Of a DNA stretch of 64,000 nt, positions 57,183 through 64,000 are shown in pieces. Below the pieces are notes generated by a model that made no database searches, was not told where the DNA came from, and was given only the letters and a program-made list of their open reading frames with translations. The translations under genes and the position numbers were made by a program. Each line of letters opens with the position of its first letter. Position 1 is the first letter of the stretch. The stretch is from an uncultured Fidelibacterota bacterium (GTDB lineage Bacteria; Fidelibacterota; Marinisomatia; Marinisomatales; UBA1611): the NCBI GenBank assembly GCA_902611135.1, contig CACLYL010000002.1, forward strand, positions 167 to 64,166, given 5' to 3'.

Positions 57183-58316
57183 ATGAAAGAACACTTTTTA
57201 CTTGATGAGGATATTATATTTTTAAATCATGGTTCTTTTGGTGCTTGCCCTAAAGTAGTTTTTGAAAATTACCAATTTTGGCAAAGTGAATTAGAGAAAC
57301 AGCCTGTAAATTTTTTTACAAAGATACTCTATCCTGAATTAGAAAAATCTAGAAGAAGTGTTGCTAATTTTTTAGGCTGTGATCAAAATGAATTAATTTT
57401 TTTTCAGAATCCAACTACTGCTGTTTCGAATATTATATGCAACCTGAATCTTAAGCCCGGTGATGAAGTTTTAATGTCATCGCATGAATATGGTGCATTG
57501 ATTAGATCCTGGGATGAATGGGGAAATGCAAACAAGGTTAAAATTATAAAGCAAGATTTAAGTATGCCGTTAGTTAATGAAAACAATTTTTTTCAAGATT
57601 TTAAAAAGGGATTTACATCGAAAACAAAAGTTTTATTTTTATCTCATATAACAAGTGCAACGGGTTTGATTTTCCCAATTAATAGAGTACTCTCTTATGC
57701 TAAAAAAAACGGTATAATAACAATTATTGACGGGGCTCACGTTCCAGCTCACATTCCTCTTAATATTCATGACCTTGGTTGTGATTTTTATGTTGGAGCT
57801 TTGCATAAATGGCTATGTGGACCAAAGGGATCTTCTTTCTTGTTTGTAAAAAAAGATAATCAAAAGTGGATGAAACCATTGGTTTATAGTTGGGGGAAAT
57901 ATGGTGATGATCCAGGACCAAGTGAGTTTTTACAGGATTTTCAATGGCAGGGGACTAGAGATATGGCCGCTTTTTTAGCTATTCCGACCGCGATACAATT
58001 TTATGAAAACTATATATTAGATAACTCTAAGAATTGTAGGGAAAATATTAAATATGCATTTGAAAAATTAAAAATACTCTTTAAAATAGATCCAATCTCA
58101 ATTGGTGGAGATTGGATTGGTCAAATGGTCTCTTATCCCTTGCCTAAAAGTACGCCATTAAATTTAAAAGAAGAACTATGGAATAACTTCAAGATTGAAG
58201 TTCCTATCTTTGATTGGAATGGGCATCGATATATTAGAATTTCTATGCAAGTATATAATAAAAAATCAGATATTGATACGCTGCTTAATGCTCTAGATAA
58301 TTTCTTAAAAGTCTAG
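57183..58316 (+). CDS. Class V aminotransferase-fold PLP enzyme (isopenicillin-N-epimerase/cysteine-desulfurase-like)
   Basis: 377 aa with FLNHGSFGACP, DGAHVPAH and the PLP-Lys context GALHKWLCGPKG. Confidence 0.75.
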   Translation: MKEHFLLDEDIIFLNHGSFGACPKVVFENYQFWQSELEKQPVNFFTKILYPELEKSRRSVANFLGCDQNELIFFQNPTTAVSNIICNLNLKPGDEVLMSSHEYGALIRSWDEWGNANKVKIIKQDLSMPLVNENNFFQDFKKGFTSKTKVLFLSHITSATGLIFPINRVLSYAKKNGIITIIDGAHVPAHIPLNIHDLGCDFYVGALHKWLCGPKGSSFLFVKKDNQKWMKPLVYSWGKYGDDPGPSEFLQDFQWQGTRDMAAFLAIPTAIQFYENYILDNSKNCRENIKYAFEKLKILFKIDPISIGGDWIGQMVSYPLPKSTPLNLKEELWNNFKIEVPIFDWNGHRYIRISMQVYNKKSDIDTLLNALDNFLKV

Positions 58317-58328
58317 TATTTTAAACTT

Positions 58329-58970
58329 ATGTTAGATAAAACTAAATATTTAATTATCTTTTCTTTATTTAACGCTATCTTGTTTTCTCAGAGAATTCAG
58401 TTGTTTACGATGGCAGATGATATCTTTACATCTTCTAATCGTTTTACTGTCAAAAACACTAAAGTGATATTTTGGGAAGATAAAGTTGTTCTCATGACTG
58501 TACCAATTAAAAACCTTGTTGAAGTTAGGTATGCTGAAACTTCATACTCTTATATTGGGAAGCCATTTGTTTTCTCAGGTTCAGTTGTTCTGGGAATCTT
58601 GTCAGGTCTAGGCATTGCAGGGAATCTAAAAGTACTTGATTTTAATCAAGATGATGCGTACGATGATGAGTTTCTAAGTATTCTTGGTTTAGGTTTAGCC
58701 TCTTATTTTACAGGAAAATTTTTAAATCTTATTGGAGCTCGCTTTGGTCGAGATATTGTATACAAAGATTTTGATCACCTTGACGTTACTACTAAAAAAT
58801 TAATACTCGAATCAATTAGCTTGGATATGCAAAAAAAAGAAAAAGAGAGCCGGTTTGTTTATGGCCCTGAAGGAAAAAGAACGGAGCTTAAGTTTTCATG
58901 GGAAGGAAAAAGACCTTGGAAAAAAAAGTATAAACCAAAAAAGAAAATTATTCGGTTTTCTTTCTTTTGA
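58329..58970 (+). CDS. Hypothetical membrane protein
   Basis: 213 aa with a signal/anchor, two central TM segments and a Lys-rich tail. Confidence 0.45.
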   Translation: MLDKTKYLIIFSLFNAILFSQRIQLFTMADDIFTSSNRFTVKNTKVIFWEDKVVLMTVPIKNLVEVRYAETSYSYIGKPFVFSGSVVLGILSGLGIAGNLKVLDFNQDDAYDDEFLSILGLGLASYFTGKFLNLIGARFGRDIVYKDFDHLDVTTKKLILESISLDMQKKEKESRFVYGPEGKRTELKFSWEGKRPWKKKYKPKKKIIRFSFF

Positions 58971-58974
58971 CCAA

Positions 58975-59793
58975 ATGTTATGTATTCTTACTGCTTTAAA
59001 AGCAGAATCTGAACCATTAATCAACTTTTTTAAACTTAAGAAGGATAGCTCATTCGATTTTCCCGTTTTCAGTAATAATGATATAATACTTGTAGCAACA
59101 GGTGTTGGGGGCAAAAATATATCCAAAAGAATCACAACTGTTCACAATCAATTTAAACGTTTCAATTTAATATTTATAAATATAGGAATTGCTGGAGGAA
59201 ACTCGAAGAATTCTAAAATTAGTAAGTGTTATTCAATAAATAAGATAATGGATGAGAGGGAAAGAAAAACGTATTATCCTGAAATTTTTATTAAACATCC
59301 TTTCAATGAGAAAAAAATAAAAACATTTAAAAGTGTTGTAAAGAGTATTAATGAAGATTTCGATTTTTTAATTGACATGGAATCTTTCGATATCTTCAAA
59401 GTATGTTCGAAAATAGTTCCAATTCATCGAATAGTATTTTTAAAGGTAGTATCCGATTATGTAAATGAAAATTTTCAAAAATTGAACGCTACTTTTATAA
59501 GTGAATTAATTTCCAATAATCTGATTAAATTTAAAATCTACTTTGATAGCTTGATTCAATTTTCAAAATTAAGAAGCAATATTTTAAATAATGATGATGT
59601 TACATGGCTAAAAGAAATTAATAAAGTCCTTTCTTTAACTGAGTCTCAAAAAACAATTATTTTCAATAAGGTAAAAGGATTTAGGTTAAGAAAAAAAGAT
59701 GAAAAATTGCCCTCTTTTGCAATAAAACCCCCTAATTCAAAAAGTAATCAGAAAGAAACTTTAAAAGAAATAAATGATCAATTATCAATCTAA
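58975..59793 (+). CDS. Nucleoside phosphorylase/nucleosidase-fold (PNP_UDP_1, MTA/5'-deoxyadenosine nucleosidase-like) protein with an unknown C-terminal extension
   Basis: ATG 58975 lies 5 nt after the previous stop. ILTALKAESEPL ... ILVATGVGGKN ... INIGIAGG ... LIDMESFDIF follows the MtnN/Pfs-type strand-loop signature (A..E, GiGk, G.aG, DME). The last approximately 90 aa are unassigned. Confidence 0.5.
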   Translation: MLCILTALKAESEPLINFFKLKKDSSFDFPVFSNNDIILVATGVGGKNISKRITTVHNQFKRFNLIFINIGIAGGNSKNSKISKCYSINKIMDERERKTYYPEIFIKHPFNEKKIKTFKSVVKSINEDFDFLIDMESFDIFKVCSKIVPIHRIVFLKVVSDYVNENFQKLNATFISELISNNLIKFKIYFDSLIQFSKLRSNILNNDDVTWLKEINKVLSLTESQKTIIFNKVKGFRLRKKDEKLPSFAIKPPNSKSNQKETLKEINDQLSI

Positions 59794-60790
59794 GTTTTCT
59801 CATATTTATGTTGAGGATCAAGCAAGGGATCTTGCCCTATCGAAATTAGTTTTAAAAAAATTTAAAAATTCTGAAATAATTCAAATTCGTCATTATAAAG
59901 ATATCTTTAATCGTACAAATCAAGACTTCCAACTTCAAAAGCGAGCAATGAAATTAATTTTAGCAAAAAAGACTGGACCTCTTTTGTACCCAGCTACTGA
60001 TATGGTTCAGGATTATAAAAATAAGAATAGTTTTTACAATACTCCAGCTCTAAACTGTTTATATAATTGTGAATACTGTTTTTTGCAGGGGATGTATCCA
60101 TCAGGTCATCTGGTACTATTTGTTAATGAAAATGATTTTTTCATAGCAATCAATAAGCAATTATTAAAACTTGAAGATCCTACAAAACCGATGATTGTTT
60201 CAATATCTTATAACTCAGATTTAATGGCGATGGAAAATCTATTTCCGATAATTTCGAGATGGATCGAATTTGCGAAGTCCAAAGATAATCTCATTATTGA
60301 AATTAGAACTAAGAGTGCACTTTTTAACTCTTTAAAAAATATTTCTCCTCATAAAAATATAATATTGAGTTGGACTCTTTCACCTGAGGTTATTTGTAAG
60401 GAATTTGAAAAATTCACTCCTTCACTAGATATGAGATTGAAAGCTGTAAAAAGTGCACTGGATGCTGGTTGGGATGTTCGACTTTGCTTTGATCCGATTT
60501 TAATATTGGATGATTGGGAAAAAATTTATTGCCTTTTTATTGATCAAGTAATGAATAAAATTAATTATAATAAATTACGTGATCTAACTCTGGGAGTTTT
60601 TCGAATGAACAAAGACTACTTTAATAGAATTAAAAAAAGTGGATTAAAATCTAGATTATACTACGAGCACTATGTTAATAATTCAGGTACTATTACTCTT
60701 GAAGAAGATTTAAAAAAAGCTGTGATTAAAACAATGAAAAATAAAATAATTGAATATTTGCCTGCGGAAAAGGTAATGATTTGGGATTAA
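59774..60790 (+). CDS. SPL-family radical-SAM protein (spore-photoproduct-lyase-like DNA repair enzyme)
   Basis: 338 aa with the N-terminal FSHIYVED ... IIQIRHYKDIFNR ... KLILAKK and the radical-SAM triad CLYNCEYCFLQG. It overlaps the preceding gene by 20 nt. Confidence 0.75.
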   Translation: MINYQSKFSHIYVEDQARDLALSKLVLKKFKNSEIIQIRHYKDIFNRTNQDFQLQKRAMKLILAKKTGPLLYPATDMVQDYKNKNSFYNTPALNCLYNCEYCFLQGMYPSGHLVLFVNENDFFIAINKQLLKLEDPTKPMIVSISYNSDLMAMENLFPIISRWIEFAKSKDNLIIEIRTKSALFNSLKNISPHKNIILSWTLSPEVICKEFEKFTPSLDMRLKAVKSALDAGWDVRLCFDPILILDDWEKIYCLFIDQVMNKINYNKLRDLTLGVFRMNKDYFNRIKKSGLKSRLYYEHYVNNSGTITLEEDLKKAVIKTMKNKIIEYLPAEKVMIWD

Positions 60791-60882
60791 TTTGGATTTT
60801 ATTTGTAGCTTTTCGATTATATTAAATAGTTTATGATAATAGTTCTTAATATATATATTATAATTTATTAAAAGGTGTAAAA

Positions 60883-60984
60883 ATGTCGTTGAAGATGATT
60901 GTTTTTATAGTGGTAGTCGTTTTTATTGTAGGTTCATTATTTCTTGCGCTGTGGTATAGAATGAATGAAGATAAATTTGAATAG
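60883..60984 (+). CDS. Possible small single-TM peptide (33 aa)
   Basis: MSLKMIVFIVVVVFIVGSLFLALWYRMNEDKFE is preceded by AAAGGTG 4 nt upstream. It is too short to validate, and its 3' end overlaps the next gene's start. Confidence 0.25.
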   Translation: MSLKMIVFIVVVVFIVGSLFLALWYRMNEDKFE

Positions 60985-62502
60985 AGCTATACTCTGCTTA
61001 TTTCTTTTTGGAAAAATTATTGCAAAGGAAGATTTTAGTCTAAAAGATTTAAATCCAAGCTCAGAATATTTTAATGAATTTATTGGGCCAAGCTATTTCA
61101 GTAACAATATTGTCATTATCTACTTTGGGCATGAGTATTGAGGCGCGTGTCGGAGCAGGTTCGGCTTTTTAATTCTGTCCATATGGATTTACTATCTATG
61201 AATATTAATGATGTTAAAATCATTGGAGTTGGGAAAGATGAACATAGTGATCATTTAAGTGGAATGATAGAAGGAAAAATTTTACCTTGGGTTGCCGATT
61301 CATCTGATAATAGTTTTCCTGTTTGGGAAATCTTTGGTGCAACTCAAAGAAGTACTTACTTTTTAAATAGAGCAGGAGAATTACTTTATGAAACAAATAT
61401 TACATCTATTGATCCTGAAAACCCTACAGATTATGAAACATTTATTAACTTAATTCTAAATTTCAGATCCTCTGATGGACCCTCCGTTTTAAGAGTACCC
61501 GAAGATTTTAGTTTGATTCAGGTAGCAATAAATGAGGCTAATGAGGGAGATCTTATTTTAATTAGTCCTGGAGTTTATTTTGAAAATATTAGCTTACTTG
61601 ATAAAAATTTAACGATTGCATCACTGATTTATACTGGTTTTGATAGTGATCTAATAGGTGAAACTATTTTGGATGGAGAAGGAGACGGGTCTGTAATTAC
61701 TATTGATGGAGGGCAGGATCAATCCACTTTATTGGTAGGTTTAACTATTCAAAATGGTTCGTCAAATGAAGCGGGAGGTGATATTCTAATTGAAAATTCT
61801 AATCCGGTTATAAGCAGAAATACTATCCGAAATAACCATTCAGGTGATTGCGGGGGTAAAGGTGCAGGCATAGCAATTCTTGAAAATTCCTATCCGCATA
61901 TTTTTTCGAATACTATTCATAGCAATACGGTATCTGGGATTTGTGATTGTGAATGTTATTTTGGAGGAGGTATCTATGTTGATGAAAGTTCATGGCCAAT
62001 CATCGGCGGTTCCATTATTCTCAGTAATAAACTATATGACAATCATAGTGATATTGGATACCAGTTATACAGAGATCACAATGACATAGATACAACAAAT
62101 CGAGTGCCAATATATGCGCATTACAACTTTTTTGAAAATTGTCCACCTGATTTCCCAACAGATGTTTACCCAGTAAATGGATGGGACTTAGGAAACTGCC
62201 AGGCTTATTTATCTTTTCATGATGAAAATATTGAAATTACTCCCCGTATTGTTTTACCAAGTTATCCTAACCCATTTAACTCTAGTACAACTATAAAGAT
62301 CACGTCTAAAAAAGTAGGTACTTTTAATATAAAAATTTATAATTTATTAGGAGAAAATGTTGATAGTTATTCAAAAATCAAACTGAAAAAAGGTGTAAAT
62401 CAGTTTAATTGGAAGCCTGATCAGCAAGTTAGTAGAATTTATTTTTTTCAAATTGAGCTAAACAATGCTATTTATAAACAAAAGGTTCTTTTTATTAAAT
62501 AA
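60965..62502 (+). CDS. Secreted redoxin (thioredoxin-fold) / right-handed beta-helix / T9SS-CTD fusion protein, interrupted by an in-frame TGA (61139-61141) and a 1-nt frame change in a T5 run (61166-61170)
   Basis: ATG 60965 gives signal peptide MKINLNRAILCLFLFGKIIA, then FSLKDLNPSSEYF ... NIVIIYFGHEY-TGA-GACRSRFG. Homology continues in the frame of tracked ORF 61138 (LFNSVHMDLL ... VKIIGVGKDEH ... PWVADSS ... STYFLNRAGELL). PbH1 repeats follow (NPVISRNTIRNN ... HIFSNTIHSN), and then SYPNPFNSSTTIKI. Confidence 0.55.
61152..61168 (+). promoter_or_regulatory. Short hairpin 11 nt downstream of the in-frame TGA; SECIS-like candidate
   Basis: GGAGC (61152-61156) can pair with GCUUU (61164-61168) through 3 Watson-Crick and 2 G-U pairs, leaving loop AGGUUCG. 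It lies inside a 24-nt stretch of about 70% G+C in an AT-rich genome. The stem is weak and was drawn by eye only. Confidence 0.25.
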
Positions 62503-62503
62503 A

Positions 62504-63241
62504 ATGATCGGCCTTTTTCTGTCCTTGTCTATAGTCACAGGATCAAACTTGGAGAAGAATTTATCCTCCACAATTTTTCAATTTCTAAACACTAAATTTA
62601 AAACTGTTAAAAATGGTGAATCACCAAATCGATTTATTTGGTTGCATGGTGATGAAATGACTGCTAAAATGGCCTTAAATAGCCATATTCGTCAATTTCA
62701 AGGAATTGCTTTTTTTATTCAAAGCGAGAGTAGAGAAATACCTTTTAAATCTACAATGGTGGATCCAAACAGAATCTTTTCAAGAAAGGGGTCATATCAC
62801 GCATTAAGAAAGTTTCAACCAAAATGGAGATCTGATTCACTTGAAACAGCTCTCAACCAGATTGAAATTGAAAGGGAGAAGTTGCTAAAAAAAATTGAGC
62901 CTCCAAAAAATGGATTATTGATCTCTGTGCACAATAATTTTCGAGGCTATAACGTAAATTATGAGATCAAAAATAGTCAAAAAACAGCCATTAAACCAGA
63001 TCAAAACCCAAGAGATTTTATTTTATGTACTGATGAAGGTGATTTTAATAAGCTCAAAGTTGGGCCTTACAACGTTGTTCTCCAAAATAAAGAACCACCT
63101 GTAGACGATGGGAGTTTATCATGGGCCATGCTTAGGAAAAATATTCGTTATATTAATGTTGAAACAAGACTGGGATATCTTACAAAGCAAAAAAAAATAC
63201 TTAACTTTATTGAAACTAAGCTTAATGTAGTTAATGAATAG
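62504..63241 (+). CDS. Hypothetical secreted protein (possible zinc-hydrolase-like HGDE ... DPNR pattern)
   Basis: ATG 62504 lies 2 nt after the previous stop and gives a signal peptide MIGLFLSLSIVTG. WLHGDE and VDPNRIFS loosely recall the M14/AstE-type HxxE and D-x-NR-x-F motifs. Weak. Confidence 0.45.
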   Translation: MIGLFLSLSIVTGSNLEKNLSSTIFQFLNTKFKTVKNGESPNRFIWLHGDEMTAKMALNSHIRQFQGIAFFIQSESREIPFKSTMVDPNRIFSRKGSYHALRKFQPKWRSDSLETALNQIEIEREKLLKKIEPPKNGLLISVHNNFRGYNVNYEIKNSQKTAIKPDQNPRDFILCTDEGDFNKLKVGPYNVVLQNKEPPVDDGSLSWAMLRKNIRYINVETRLGYLTKQKKILNFIETKLNVVNE

Positions 63242-63491
63242 TTTATTTCAGAAAATATTTAAGTGGATGCCAGTAGTATTGTTCTTTTTACTGATTATGG
63301 TTGATAGGACTAATATATTTCATGTCGTGGGTTATATTTTACTCCTTCTTTCGTATACAGCAATACTCATTCTAAGGTTATTGTATGCTAAAAAAGATTG
63401 GCATAAAGAATATAATAAAGATGGGAATGTGCAAAATAATCAGACAATTAAAAAGTTGGATGATTTAAAAGATAATTTAAATGAGATATGA
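63234..63491 (+). CDS. Hypothetical small membrane protein
   Basis: 85 aa with two TM helices and a charged tail. It overlaps the previous stop by 8 nt. Confidence 0.4.
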   Translation: MNSLFQKIFKWMPVVLFFLLIMVDRTNIFHVVGYILLLLSYTAILILRLLYAKKDWHKEYNKDGNVQNNQTIKKLDDLKDNLNEI

Positions 63492-63540
63492 TATTGGTTT
63501 TAGTTTATAAAGTTTATTTTAAGGATGAGGAGAATTTTCT

Positions 63541-63882
63541 ATGAAAATCATTGATTTTAAGAGTTTTTTAATAGGCATATTGAGTGCATCACTTTTCTTT
63601 TTAATAGTTGGTGCGGATGATAAAAATCTACATGGAGATATTATTGTTAATTCTATTACCATAAATGATGATGGTCATGGTGGTTTTATAACTGCATATA
63701 ACAAAGATCAAAAAAGAACCTTATATTTAGGAACCGGATCAGAAGGGAATGGATATGTTCAAACTTATAACAAATACGAACAACCAACATCATACATAGG
63801 TTCCAATAGAGAAATGGATGGAGTGATTGTTTTAAATGATCGATATGGAGCACTGGGATACAGCCAATCAGGTAAGGAATGA
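63541..63882 (+). CDS. Hypothetical membrane-anchored protein
   Basis: 113 aa preceded by a strong purine-rich RBS (AAGGATGAGGAG). It has an N-terminal TM helix and a Gly/Tyr-rich beta-type C-terminus. Confidence 0.45.
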   Translation: MKIIDFKSFLIGILSASLFFLIVGADDKNLHGDIIVNSITINDDGHGGFITAYNKDQKRTLYLGTGSEGNGYVQTYNKYEQPTSYIGSNREMDGVIVLNDRYGALGYSQSGKE

Positions 63883-63974
63883 AGCTTGGAATAATAATGA
63901 TTTTGCTAGTTTTATTTGCATTTTATAAGGCCAGAGATAGGTTCGAAAAGTATAATGATGATGGATTAGATTAA
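63879..63974 (+). CDS. Possible small single-TM peptide (31 aa)
   Basis: MKLGIIMILLVLFAFYKARDRFEKYNDDGLD starts in an ATGA overlap with the preceding stop. It is too short to validate. Confidence 0.2.
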   Translation: MKLGIIMILLVLFAFYKARDRFEKYNDDGLD

Positions 63975-64000
63975 ATAAAAGGTGCAAATAATTCCTAATT

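Noticed and set aside
61163-61171. Programmed -1 ribosomal frameshift at C-UUU-UUA in the redoxin gene
   Set aside because: The heptamer is not a canonical X-XXY-YYZ site because the first base is C. I saw no downstream pseudoknot or stimulatory hairpin. A 1-nt error or indel in the T5 run explains the frame change equally well.
1-64000. CRISPR arrays, insertion sequences, prophage or known defence-system genes
   Set aside because: I noticed no regularly spaced direct repeats, and no transposase, integrase, Cas, restriction or phage structural genes in any frame. The accessory content consists instead of secreted or surface proteins.

Overview
AT-rich (about one-third G+C by eye), very gene-dense chromosomal segment. 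It holds about 60 protein-coding genes and 2 tRNAs. I saw no rRNA, CRISPR array, transposase or integrase. The gene content suggests a marine member of the FCB superphylum (Bacteroidota/Marinimicrobia-like): several secreted proteins end in the T9SS C-terminal sorting motif (YPNPFN...), there is a CarboxypepD_reg-type TonB-dependent receptor with a DUF4249-like partner, and the 2-oxoacid dehydrogenase E1 is an alpha/beta fusion. From about 16.8 kb to the end every gene is on the + strand.

Blocks in order:
- Molybdopterin oxidoreductase fragment and class II photolyase.
- MarR-regulated RND efflux operon (OMF-MFP-RND-SDR).
- TonB receptor pair.
- tRNA-Glu, monothiol glutaredoxin and exonuclease III.
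- A decayed hemW-like radical-SAM pseudogene.
- GNAT, MsbA-like ABC exporter, three tandem TagF-like glycerophosphotransferases and a cytidylyltransferase.
- Citrate synthase.
- Secreted M14 and S8 peptidases plus T9SS cargo.
- A small operon of unknown function.
- queD-yhhQ-folE.
- lpdA-lipB-E1-E2-methyltransferase-lipA operon.
- lon, tRNA-Val and a cold-shock protein gene.
- Threonine dehydratase.
- Large secreted proteins, including a 1280-aa multi-Ig adhesin-like protein preceded by a cohesin-like lipoprotein.
- A nucleosidase-like / SPL-family radical-SAM gene pair.
- A redoxin / beta-helix / T9SS-CTD gene interrupted by an in-frame TGA.

Most interesting observations:
1. The TGA sits exactly at the first Cys position of a CxxC-type motif and is followed by a local GC-rich island. 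It is either a selenocysteine candidate or gene decay.
2. A putative non-cellulosomal cohesin/dockerin surface-display pairing: dockerin on the M14 carboxypeptidase and on the giant adhesin, cohesin-like fold in a lipoprotein.
3. A compact MsbA + 3x TagF-like + cytidylyltransferase module in a diderm.
4. The hemW-like pseudogene carries four in-frame stops and two compensating homopolymer frame changes.

All functional calls come from motif recognition in the supplied translations. No database search was possible.
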